A stretch of DNA of 45,755 nt, filler included, from Catajapyx aquilonaris (lineage: Eukaryota), in the NCBI GenBank assembly GCA_000934665.2. It is 2 parts of 2 records of this genome, joined end to end, with 100 filler letters (N's around TTAATTAATTAA, not from the genome) between each part and the next. Parts side by side here need not be neighbours in the genome. Positions count along the whole stretch, not along the records: positions 1 to 22,815 come from JYFJ02005803.1; positions 22,916 to 45,755 come from JYFJ02005804.1. One strand, given 5' to 3'. Below are positions 14,038-24,815 of the stretch, piece by piece; position 1 is the stretch's first letter; the number at the start of each line of letters is the position of its first letter. Below the pieces are notes generated by a model. The model ran no database searches. It was not told the origin of the DNA and saw only the letters and a list, made by a program, of their open reading frames with translations. A program made the translations under genes and the position numbers.

Positions 14038-15167
14038 CTCCTTCCCCCTTATTTCCCCATCCAGGGGGGTCAGGGGCAAAATGCACCCTTACAAAGTCCT
14101 CTAGGTGTCTCGGTGGTCTACGAGTCCGATCCGAACGCCGCAATATCCCTCTTGGTCCTGCCGGAACCGGTGCCTCCTCACTCGCAGGCTCCAGTTCGGG
14201 CTGGAATTCCTCGTCCGCTAGGCTGCTCTGCTCTTCTACGTTAGCCGAAACAGCCTGGCATCCGTCATTTCCGGCTGTAATTGTCGGTGGATTCCCCTCT
14301 GCTACTGGGATTCCGCCTTGGCCCCCCTCGATTATCCTCCAGCCTCTGTAGACATCATTATGCGGATGCCCGGCTAAATCTCCGTCGTCAGGACTTACCA
14401 CCTCAGGAGGCCAGTCCACCGCTCTCCTGGCAACGTACCTCTTTAAACGGGCTATGTGTGCCAGCCATGAAGGTCGTCTGCCCCTCTTCTTCTCATCACG
14501 GAGAGGGGCCAACCGGTACGTAACCGGTCCCTTCCGTTCCACTACCTTGAACGGCCCCCTCCACCGGCGTTGAAGCTTACGCTGGGAGGGTAGAAGCTCT
14601 TTGATAGAGAGCTTCAAACGGGGCAGGACCACTTCCATCGCTGGAGGTGTTGTACGCAAATGTATTCGCCAACAGCTTACCGTCCTAGTCAGCCGCTTTC
14701 TCCACAAATTTGGCCAGTGACCCCAACAGTGTCCTATTGTACCGCTTCACCAGGCCATTACTTTGAGGATGGTACGGGGAGGTTCTGGCATGTTGAACTC
14801 CAAGCTCCGACAACGTCATCTCCATCAGTTTTGACGTGAAGTGCTGTCCTCTGTCCGACACCAGTACCTCGGGAATTCCATGCCTCCATACCACTTGTTC
14901 CAGCAGGAAGCCTCGTGCCACCTGCGTTGTCGACGTTTTAGTCCGCCGCTTTCTTCCAACTTCTCTTCCCCACTCCGCATTCTTACATGCAGCCTCTCGC
15001 CGCGGCTCGGACAGAACGCTGAGGAGTCGCCATCATGGACCCCATGGCTTCTCTGCCACCTACTTTTTACGGAGTACTCCGGAGTTCTTGCCCCATGAGC
15101 CGCCATCCTGATCCGTCTTTCAATAAGGTCCATCCAGCTCTCAGGGCTGATTCCACCTCTTCCTTCC

Positions 15168-15185
15168 ATCCCACTTCTGACACCA
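15168..15185 (-). promoter_or_regulatory. Primer-binding site complementary to tRNA-Leu 3' end
   Basis: Minus strand TGGTGTCAGAAGTGGGAT, 2 nt inside the 5' LTR boundary; a typical tRNA-Leu PBS of arthropod Gypsy elements. Confidence 0.85.
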
Positions 15186-15187
15186 AA

Positions 15188-15330
15188 TGAAGCGGCCGTT
15201 ACCGGTCGCTGATGGTTTACCTCGAGTGACACACAGAGTTCTCAAGAAAACGTGTTCTTTTCTAATCTGTAACCAACTCTGTTTATTCAAACAAACTGCA
15301 ACAATGAGGTTGTCGGTAGCGACGGCTACA
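15188..15330 (-). repeat. 5' LTR (143 bp)
   Basis: Copy of 13893-14037 with a few substitutions and a 2-nt indel. Confidence 0.93.
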
Positions 15331-17800
15331 CAATGCATTGAATTGACTGTTTTCAGCGCCTAAACTGGCCTAAATGCCTACCTATTTGATGAGAATTTTT
15401 AGAACCTAAAAATCCGTTCCTTAGTTATAATAAATGATGCTTAGTAATTACCTCAGGGTTATGGCTATGGCCAATCTGTGACCCGGGGAGAGAGCCTCCC
15501 TGCTCCGGGGATATTTCATCTGTTTGTCGTGCAGCAAGTGGGTAAGCATGTCAAACAATTCCGATGACGTTCTAGCATATCTCCGAAAGTAATCGCGACA
15601 CACAGTTATTATGCTAATGTTTAAAGCAGGAAACCATTCATTTTTGTAAACAACATCGGGTACTTCACTTCAAACTCAGCAGTGTATGTTCGAAATGTTC
15701 ATCCGGCATTCAAAGAAGCGAATATATGAATGCAGAACAGACAACCCAAATCGGAACATTTCGCTACGAACACACACCGGATATAGTTCAGATACTACAG
15801 AGATATAGTTCAGCGCATACCCGAGGAATCGTGTAATGCATTGCAGACCTGTAAGTTCAAATGAGTAAGTGTTATAATATTAGAAATCAATCGTTTCTAT
15901 GTTTTCTTGCTTTTTCCTCCACCGCCATTGTTAGCACCTTGTAGTAATCTATAGGTCCTATTATGTCTGACTGAAAAGTTTTTAGATTCATGACTTGGTC
16001 AGTCTGCCTTTGTCGATTCTGCGGTTTCGTCCAGCCATTGCATTCTTATTATTGGCCTACAAAATGTAATCGGCCAAGGTCTTGGATTTGTCCAAATGAC
16101 ATTTTCTTAATTTCGGCTAACCTCTGGCGTTAAGGCGTAATTGCGTCCATTCGTGGATGGGCTGTGAGGTTTTGCAAATAATCCCGCTGTGTATGGAAGG
16201 TTGATTTAATGTTTCTGCTAATTCACTTTTAATGCTGGCAATATTATTTAGGCAGTTGGTGTGGTCTCTCAACTTGTCTCAGAGTATGTCGTGCACAAAA
16301 CAGGAGCTTATTCCTTCGATATGTGAGATTACCCGAATGTATACAATCCCTGTCTGTAATCGTCGTATTGTTGAATGTATTGAGACAATCAGATTAATTT
16401 CACCTGATAATAATTATCATGGTTCCATGCGCACATTAAAAGTTTTATTGTCACAAGCAAGATTTATGTTGATTTCGTAATAATTGAGAAGACATTTTCA
16501 CTCTTGATTTAGACGCAAGATGGGCACTTTATGGTCCTTTTTTGTGTTCAGTAATTCTTGAACATCTGATAGGGTTTGTATGTTGCATCAAAAGGGCCTG
16601 GACCGGATTCAAATACTTCGCATGGTGAAGCATACGAGACAGGGATTGCACAAGACTGCATGTCCCTATCTGGCATTACAAGTAGTAACAATGTGTCCGA
16701 CGTCGCGATTGTTGGATGTGCTATTTGCCTGTGACTTTAGTTGTACCTTTTTTTAGCGTGGAGAAGGGTTTTCCTTCACGTATATTCCACCCTCGTACTG
16801 ATCCACTCGTACTGGTGTACTATCATATTTATGGTGGATTTGCTTATTTGTGACTGGAGGATTTTTTTTTTTTGTCTCAATTTGGTGTTGTATGACAGTT
16901 TATATTTGGAGTAGTTATTGTTGAAGGTTTTTAAATTCATATGGGTGAAACATCATCTTATTTTCAATTGTCTAATCATTTTCGCCAATGATTGCGCTGG
17001 TTAAAAATACACGTCAGCGTCGCCCACCGCATGGTTTAACATCATTGTGTAGTTTGTTTATTCCTGATGTAAGAGGCTGTTTTATGTCTTGTGTTTCAAC
17101 TGGTGGTTAACAGGATATATTTATGGAACGTTTCTTAGATTTACATGACCTAAGATGAAATGCCCTATAGTCAAGCCAAAGACTTCCGGCCACATCAGTT
17201 CTGCACTTTTCGGATTGTGGAAGAGAATTTACCGACTGGTGCACCGCCTTTGCATAGTGTCTAGTTAACCTGCAATGAACCCGTCGGAATTTACCTTTGG
17301 CTCGTCTAAATGATGGTGGATTTTTAATTAATTAAAAATTTATTGCGGTAGGCAGATATAGCCTTGTTTGCTTTGCGTCCCTTGACCGCTGAATTAAACA
17401 CGTAATCAGTATTTCAGTCATATCTGGATGTTTTCTAAGTCACCTCATATTTTAATGGAGTCGTCTAATGGTCTTCTTGCTTCAGTTTCATCAATACTGC
17501 TGGTTACATTTTGATTGCGTTTTCCCGGATGAGGTGATATCGTAATATGCATAATAGACTGACAAGTGTGCGATGCGTTTCATTTGATTAAGTCTGCCAG
17601 GAGACTTTTAAAAAAATTTAAAAAATGATGCGGTTGTCAATACATGGTATTGTCAGACTTATGTTAGTCTATGATAATTATTGTGCGTTGACTGCGTGTC
17701 CACAATGGTACTTTCTCCAGGGTTTTCCGAGCCGTCGGACAGTGACATGTATGCGGGAGATCTAAGCCAACATGGTTGTGTATCAAATTGTTTGATCTTC

Positions 17801-17983
17801 TAGCACTAGATCTCCTTCCCCAATTTGTCTGTCTATTGCCTTCTTATCATGGTATAGCTTTTGTTTTTCGAAAGCAATGTTTAGCCGGTTCTTCACAAGG
17901 TCATAGGCTTTTCTGAGACGTAATGACAAGTCCGCTTTATAGTTGTCTCCCGCAACTTTGAAAGTAAACTGATAATCTTCATC
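17801..17983 (-). pseudogene. Second Gypsy integrase C-terminal relic
   Basis: Minus strand NYKADLSLRLRKAYDLVKNRLNIAFEKQKLYHDKKAIDRQIGEGDLVL fits the Y..L..RL..A...V...L....QK.Y.D.......GD.VL pattern downstream of the Gypsy integrase core. Confidence 0.75.
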
Positions 17984-20132
17984 AGTTACACACTGAAGTT
18001 ATTTTTAATGGTTAACAAAAATATTAGCTGATATTAGATAGCTAGCCTCCGTTCCTTTGTTGTGCGCGAGCTACCTTCTCCTCCTCTCAGGGCAAGCAGT
18101 TTATCGGACCTGAAACGCATTTTGTGGCCATATTGACTATGAGCAAACTGGTTGCGGCGTGCTTCAGTTGTACTAACATTTTGGAGTAGTTGTTGTACAA
18201 CTTTCTATCTCACTGAATTATTTTATTCTACCCTTCTGGAAGGTCAATGCTTGTGTAAACTTCTTAATAATCATATAACGTCTACTTTTTGACGTCACCA
18301 CTTGTTGTCTCAACTGTTCATCTGATTGAATCGACGGCGCCAGAAGTGGTCATCACTACCATTGTAATTCTTGTCTTCTCCTTTAAGAGAATACACCTAT
18401 TATAGGAGGCTACTCTTCAGCTGTGTATGATTACCCGAGTGGTCAATCCCTCGCCATAATTGTATCATTATTGAATGCATTGAAATAATCTCAGCACTTG
18501 GGACATGACGTCAAAGGCAATAAAATTTGAATAAATATTAATTTGAAATGGTTATGTTGTCTATGTGGATGACATTTTTACAGATAATGAGAAATACCTA
18601 CGTATGAATTTGAGGACGGGACAGGCGGACGGTTAAGTAGATAACCCGCTTCAGTATGCGCTTGTGCTGTCGGGATGGAAGAGGATAGGTGAACTACATG
18701 ATCCGAATCATGTACTACCTCTCATATAACGCCAACGAAAATCTTCAGCCAAATTAGGCGTCCTTATCCACACGGCTTGTTGTTTCATTATATCTTGAAC
18801 GCATAAGTTGATCGGCTATTTCTTAGTATTTTTACAATGTAAAACCCAGCCAGCATACGGAAACAGTCTTGATATTATTATAACTGTCTCCACCTGCTGG
18901 CAGGGTACAGCGTTATGGTTATTTTAAACTGCAATGATGTCTCGGTACGTATACGGTGTCATTAATATTTCTTCAGTAACTGGTTCGTGTCCAATTATGG
19001 TCCCACAGTGGCCTCACAAACCGGTGTTAATGGCCGTCAATAGTCGCCATTGCACGACGTCCGTTGTTGCCTTATTGTTGGATATGAAGATAAACTATTG
19101 GTCTGAGGAGCCTGCAGATGACATCAGTTTCTTTTTTATCCATGTGTGCATATTAACGCCACTTTATTTATTCCCGTATTGTTCCTATCATTGTGCAGCT
19201 CTCTTGGAGTCTTCTCTGGCATAGTCATTTCACATCTCTCTATTTTCTTATGTCTCCCTTATACGAGCGTACAAGAGGTTCTTAGCATATCCTTGCAATG
19301 GAACTTCCGTATGTACAGTACAGTATTATTCCATGCGTTGAGTTTGGAATTTCCAAGAGCATTCGGACATGAATGGCTTGTCACGTACTGCACAAATGTG
19401 ACTCTTTGTCTGCAATTCAATATTTATGAAAGCCACGTCTGGTCCTCCATGACTTATTCCAAATGCGACACACAACCTTTGAACTATTGCCCTGTGGTGG
19501 AGAGAATACAAAAAGGATAATGTTATTTTGATATTCAGAATTTGGTTGTGTCTGGTCGGGAGATAAGCAATAAGTAACTTTCCCTCCCTTCAAATTGATC
19601 TAGTGTGGCTACATATGCTCAGTTTCGTTATCTTTGTGCTACGTACAATAATTGACTGCTCCTAACCTTTAGAGTAGCCTGTATTGCTTGCCCAATTTAG
19701 CTCCACGGCTCGTTTTTTGGGGATGTGTGAACCCCTGGTTATGGTCTTGGTTGTTACCGCTTCAAAACTTGGTACTTATTTTCCATTCATGATAGACCAG
19801 ATGACAGAGCAGATGGTCGGGATGAAGATGAAGTTCCTACAGCTTCGCGTCGCTGTGTCTCATGACATGACTTCCATAAGGGCTAAGACAATACTATAGT
19901 ACCTCAAGAGTGACACTGTGACGTACAGTACCTTCGTCCACTCTCAAGGTCCGTCGCCCGGTTACACTCAGGTTGTGGTAATTCAAAGACATCTAGGCCT
20001 TATCATAAGCCCACCATTTATTCAGTCACTACCCTTCCATTCCGGCCCTCTCTCTCCTCTCTCCTCCTAGCCCCAAACCAAAACAACGTTGCCACATTAC
20101 ATGGTAGCCAAGGGTATAAGCCCCCTTATATA

Positions 20133-20997
20133 CGAGGGTGGTTCAGTAAATAACCTTACGAGTTGATTTACAAATTTGTACTACACATTATGTGAACTAT
20201 TCTTGCTGTAGATGGTGCGACCATTCGTGTAGTAGGTATGGAGCGTTTCAGATCCACCATGTGACACCAGGTAGTCACGTGACAGCTATTTGAAGATGGC
20301 GGCCCCACTGTAGGTGTGCACCAGAGATGAGGAGTTGGATTTTGGGGAAGACAAGAGTCGCCATCCTTTCCTGGAATGTTTAGTTCTGGCTGGAAGTGAT
20401 GCACCCAGCATACATCGCCAGTCACTATACGACGCAAAAAGTCTTCTTCCTCCTCCTCGTAAAGTCTGAGAAGCGTTGCACACGCATCGACACGCAGTTC
20501 CTTCAATTCATGCGTCAGTTGCCTGGGAACCCATCTGGCCGACACTTTTTCGTGTCTCAGGTGCTCATGTATGATGACCTCAACTGACCCAACACTCCCA
20601 CCATTCACACTGATGCGTTGGTCTTGACAAATAAGCACATATGCGGCCGCTACAGTCTCGTCCATGACATCGGTGTGCGGGAACTTCCACGCCCATTCAT
20701 ACACCTGCTGTAGTGATATACAGGCACTACCATACTGTGCCTTCATCCGACTGTGAATGTCTGTGGGGTTCACAATTTCACTGGCAAGGAAACCGCTGCT
20801 CTTCTATGGTGCACACCTTCAGTGGGGCCGCCACCTTCAAATAGCTGTCACGTGACTACCTGGTCTCACATGGTGGATCTTAAACGCTCCATACCTACTA
20901 CACGAATGGTCGTACCACCTACAGCAAGAATAGTTCACATAATGTATAGTACAAATTTGTAAATCAACTCGTAAGGTTATTTACTGAACCACCCTCG
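20133..20997 (-). mobile_element. Non-autonomous mariner derivative with ~190-bp inverted repeats and TA TSD
   Basis: TA|CGAGGGTGGTTCAGTAAATAACC.. at 20131 and ..GGTTATTTACTGAACCACCCTCG|TA ending at 20999; the IR extends over ~20133-20323 and ~20807-20997. Interior minus strand encodes IHSRMKAQYG..VYEW, ARWVPRQLT and FLRRIVTGDVCWVHHFQPE (mariner WVPHEL and TGDETW motifs), truncated afterwards. Confidence 0.93.
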
Positions 20998-22815
20998 TAC
21001 ATACATATACTAATAAGTGGAGGTAGCTCGTTTGCAAGCCCTTTAGCATGGGAAAGAGTATAACACCATGTCGATACTGAGTTTTCAATAATTATGAGGT
21101 CATGGCTGAATTCTCAAGTTGGGTTTTTGTTGGCAATATTTTTGATTCTTCCTATCATAATTATAGCAAGGATATGTGACTGCATTTTGTGCATTTACAG
21201 ATGAAAACTGTGGCTATATCTAAATATTTGACCTTCACAAAAAATGGTTTACAACACATACTAATACAATGTCTAATTTGCTGCTGCTTCCGAAGTTATT
21301 GTTTGTTTGTGATTTTTTCTTGTGTCGTCTCTTCATTGTTCTCGTCTCATTTCGTTTCCAGATGACATCTGATCGTAACATGCAAAGTGTCGTCCCGTGA
21401 AAGACAAATATGTGAGTCTTACTGCATCAATGTTCCGTTCAGCTTGAACAATAAATGGTACAACGATGGCGGCCCTCGTTGTGAATTATTCATTGCTCTG
21501 TCTCACTTTAATTCCAATGCAACGGACATTGCTGGACAACCCATGTATTTGTTGTTATTTTCTATTCATGATGGATGGTGGGTAAGATGCTAATTACGAC
21601 AAGGACGTTCACATGATCCCATTGATCTCGTTTATTTAATGTCATTGACGAAAATTTAGTGGCATTTCATGACACCCGTTTCAAAAAGTGGTAATCACTG
21701 ATTGGCAAGTGACGCACACCTGATTTATAATAATTGTAAGGCTCTTCAACTAAGAAGGCAATACCAGTTCCTCTACTCAAGATGTCCTTGGTGGTTGCGT
21801 GGTGCTATGTATACACACCGGTCATCAGTATGTGCTTATAATTTAATACTGGGAGGGGCAGCACACGTCCATGTCCTAATTGTATTGAAGCAATAGGCTA
21901 TGCGTGTTGTCCTGCCCCATTTCCCTGATCGAGAAGCATTGTACTACCTGGTTGCCAATATGTCGTTGGTTCTAAATTCTTCTCAGGATATCTGTCTTCA
22001 GTGAGGGTTATTTACTGTAACACAGAGTTGTGAAGAGATGGTGTAGTCCATATTCTAGTTCCATATTTTGTTCAATATTTGCATCCCAGTAGTTCTTTGG
22101 GTAGTATCTGATAAAGTTGTCTTCAAAGTGTGCTAGTTTTCATAATTAATGCCACTGTCAACATATTTATCATTTTTTGAGTCAGTTGCAGCTTCTGATC
22201 ACAGAAATATAACTTTTTAACTGCCTTTTCTCCATTACGAGTCTTTTTCCAAAAGTTGACCGGTTATTTGATACCTGTTAGAAATATAGTATCATAATAG
22301 TACATATTACGTACGGTATTATTTCTGACAGTCCAGTGACAGTCCCACCTTCTGTAAATGTGTGCATATTAATTATATTAGCATGTGCGAGTGATACTGA
22401 TATAATCATATTGTATCACAACAAGTAGACCGACATAACCGGCACGACAGAAGTACGCATGATCATACTTGTTGCATTACATTACATTCACAACGCAAAT
22501 CGTGCATACCATTATGGTCTCAAGTGGTCTTCATTAACCCCCAGATATGCCGAGTGTGCCCTATAGGGGACACCTGCACAGTTATTACATTTTAATTTTT
22601 TGCACAGGTTCTTCTGCTGCTAAAGAGCTGGCAGTAGTGATGGGGGCTTCAGTAGAGTCCCAGCTAACTATACAAGTTCAAACCTGCTCAATTTTGCTTC
22701 AGATTTTTAAGATACAGGCAAGAGCTAATAACTGAGAGCCTCCGAGTGCCCTATCCCTGCCGTATTGCTTGGTTCCCGAACCTCTCCGCGGAACTGGCGA
22801 CTCCCCAGACGGGCT

Positions 22816-22915
22816 NNNNNNNNNNNNNNNNNNNNNNNNNNNNNNNNNNNNNNNNNNNNTTAATTAATTAANNNNNNNNNNNNNNNNNNNNNNNNNNNNN
22901 NNNNNNNNNNNNNNN
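22816..22915. other. Assembly spacer: 44 N + TTAATTAATTAA + 44 N
   Basis: Exactly 100 bp with a central six-frame stop linker; an artificial contig join. Confidence 0.95.
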
Positions 22916-22979
22916 CATATATTGGGTTAGCTTGCGTCTCCCTTCATCGCTGACTACCCCTCATAGGGAAATGTCGTGA

Positions 22980-22980
<1 letters not shown>

Positions 22981-23010
<30 letters not shown>
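22981..23010 (+). repeat. (GTT)n microsatellite
   Basis: About 10 perfect GTT units. Confidence 0.95.
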
Positions 23011-23012
<2 letters not shown>

Positions 23013-23119
23013 GTATGATTTTAAAAATTTTATAATGTTTTGAAAATGGGAATAAATAATTTGCTTACGTATCACATATTTTATTTGGAAACTAAGAAGG
23101 ATGGGTTGTATCAGCCTCC

Positions 23120-24815
23120 AGAGAGGCAGGAGAAATATGAAGACTGCGTCCCTAATCATTCTCCTCGGATCCGAAGTAGTGGTCATCTGCTGGTAGTCGT
23201 TAAAGTGTAGCCAACTACCTTCACCCTTCACTAAAGCAGTGTAGTGGTTGTAATTCATTGAGACTCCATGGTGTAATAGGATTGCACTGCTTTTGAATTA
23301 CTTGAATCCAATTGATATATGGTCACTTAGATCGAAATCTGTTATGCTGGAGTCCGACCTTTCCCCTCCACTTTCAAGGTGCAGGATGAGGCAACCTTGT
23401 ACGTTACTTAAAATGCAGGTCTTGGCAGCTACCCCAGTGCGCTTACAAGACGGGCATGGTACTCCTTCGTCCCTCCGCTGCAACAGGATCAGAGAGAGAT
23501 ACCGCCGAGTTTCCTCTGCCCCTTCCCATCTGGCGTGGCAGAAGGAACACTCATATTCATCGTGGCATCGGTGAGTGCCCCAGTCTCTTAGGTGTAGGTA
23601 CAGGCAAATCTTCGAATAGGAATTCGATGAACTCTAAAGAGTCTTGCTGTTTCTCCCCGTCGAATCATCTCCCCAGAGCTCTTCTGACCCCGAATGACGA
23701 GGGAGCGACGACGTCATTAGTGGCCGGTGCCGTTGTGTTGGATACTCTCCTCTTCGCAGGGGGACGCTGAGAAGGTCGGTGTTGTGCGCGAGCTGTTTTT
23801 AGGGCCCTTAAAACGCTGCTGCTTCCCTTCGAGGCCGAGATTCTTGTCCTGAGGTCTGGCTGCGCGAAGAGACATACCAAGGCAGCGTTGGCATAGCAAG
23901 AAACATTTGGACTTGGATTGTGGAACCCCCTAAGTGATATTTCTGATGCGGAGGAGACTGCATGTGGCCGCTTCGTTGTTTTCCTGGATAAGAGCAATGG
24001 AGGAGAGCAATGGAGTCTATTGTGTTCCCTCACACAGCTCACGTCGGCCTTGATGCAGCGTTCATCTAGGCGAAGGATGTATAGTCTGTCCAGCGCCTGG
24101 ACTCTCGAGAGCGCGACGTACGCCATTCCTCTTGCGAACACGGACTTGCTGAGGTCCACCAAAGCGGAATCCAGAGTGAGCCCCTGAGATTTTGTGGATG
24201 GTGATGGCGTATGCTAGTATCAGTGGAAACTGTTTCCTCTCCGCGTATATGTTGGAGCCGAGCTCGAACTTGACAACACACCTGCAGATCGACTTTTCGT
24301 CGTTTGGGATGTTGTCAAAGTTGATTTTGACTGACGAGATGCGGCGGTTATTCTCCATCCTCCAGCCAGACACGGTGCACATTGCGCCGTTCACCAGTCC
24401 TTCCTGCACGTCGATGTTGCGTCGCAGCATGACGCGGCATCCAACTCCCAGGACGAGGACAGTCTAGAGGCCGGCTGTACGCGAGGAGTCCTCTCGCAGA
24501 CTCTCTAGGTGCTTGCTTCCCCTCTTCCAGCCAGCCTTGTTGCGTGCTGTGAGCTTGTCCTCTGCCTCCAGAAGGACAGTATCCAGGCACGACGCACGAA
24601 GCATACGGTGGTTGAACTCGTGGCACATGTTGTTGGTTGGGAGGAGGCACACGGGATTCAATCCTTCTGCCTTGCACCTGCTGTAGATGCTGACGCATGC
24701 GTCGTTGTTGTCTTTGGATGCCAGCGTGGTGAGGACCCTGCTTGCCAAGAGATGGAGGGTTGACTCGGAGACTATAGGCCCACTCGCACCTCGGCCAGAA
24801 GATGCTGGTAGACGG
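23120..24815 (-). pseudogene. Helitron-type PIF1 helicase C-terminal half fused to a USP (peptidase C19)-like domain, disrupted
   Basis: Helicase motifs: YQHLLAEVRVG, CLLPTNNMCHEFN, LGVGCRVMLRRNIDVQEGLVNGAMCTV, RKQFPLILAYAITIHK(frameshift)SQGLTL, VFARGMAYVALSRV. Continuing in frame: LRGFHNPSPNVSCYANAALVCLF (Cys box), KQQDSLEF (QQD box), CPSC, LILHL, HHGVSMNYNHYTALVK..WLHFND (His box). In-frame stops (~24464, ~23665) and frameshifts are present. Confidence 0.85.

Larger units (their letters stand above)
13893..15330 (-). mobile_element. Internally deleted Ty3/Gypsy LTR retrotransposon (1438 bp), both ends complete
   Basis: Near-identical TG..CA LTRs at 13893-14037 and 15188-15330; CAAT TSD at 13889-13892 and 15331-15334; PBS and PPT in correct minus-strand positions. 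Interior encodes the integrase core (RHGIPEVLVSDRGQHFTS..TSPYHPQSNGLVKRYNRTL) and the GPF motif (WRGPFKVVERKGPVTYRL..HIARLKRY); no RT, RNase H or protease seen. Confidence 0.95.
1075..22532. repeat. Family of diverged dispersed direct repeats (decayed coding-like modules)
   Basis: Approximate matches by eye: 2546-2645/7241-7345/18900-19000; 2985-3045/21186-21258; 4750-5045/11733-12095 (core also at 1078-1095); 4513-4585/9600-9745/22410-22532; 5860-5950/8755-8850; 6340-6560/16474-16705; 6160-6200/15612-15656; 12150-12220/12810-12882; 1556-1615/16320-16390/18422-18490. All copies are in the same orientation. Confidence 0.75.

Noticed and set aside
20753..20962. + strand ORF whose C-terminus matches ORF 20168-20773
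   Set aside because: Artefact of reading through the two arms of the mariner inverted repeat.
1075..22532. CRISPR-like or regular tandem array interpretation of the recurring repeats
   Set aside because: Copies are long, diverged and irregularly spaced in eukaryotic DNA; no constant repeat-spacer period.
22860..22871. TTAATTAATTAA palindrome
   Set aside because: It is centred in a symmetric N run and is an artificial stop linker; adjacency across it is unproven.
22735..23010. GC-rich gap flanks ending in (GTT)n as a non-LTR retrotransposon 3' tail
   Set aside because: Too little sequence either side of the spacer and no RT or endonuclease motif.
23120..24815. Host PIF1 or host USP gene
   Set aside because: Intronless, with multiple stops and frameshifts, a fused architecture and a TE-rich context; better explained as a mobile-element relic.
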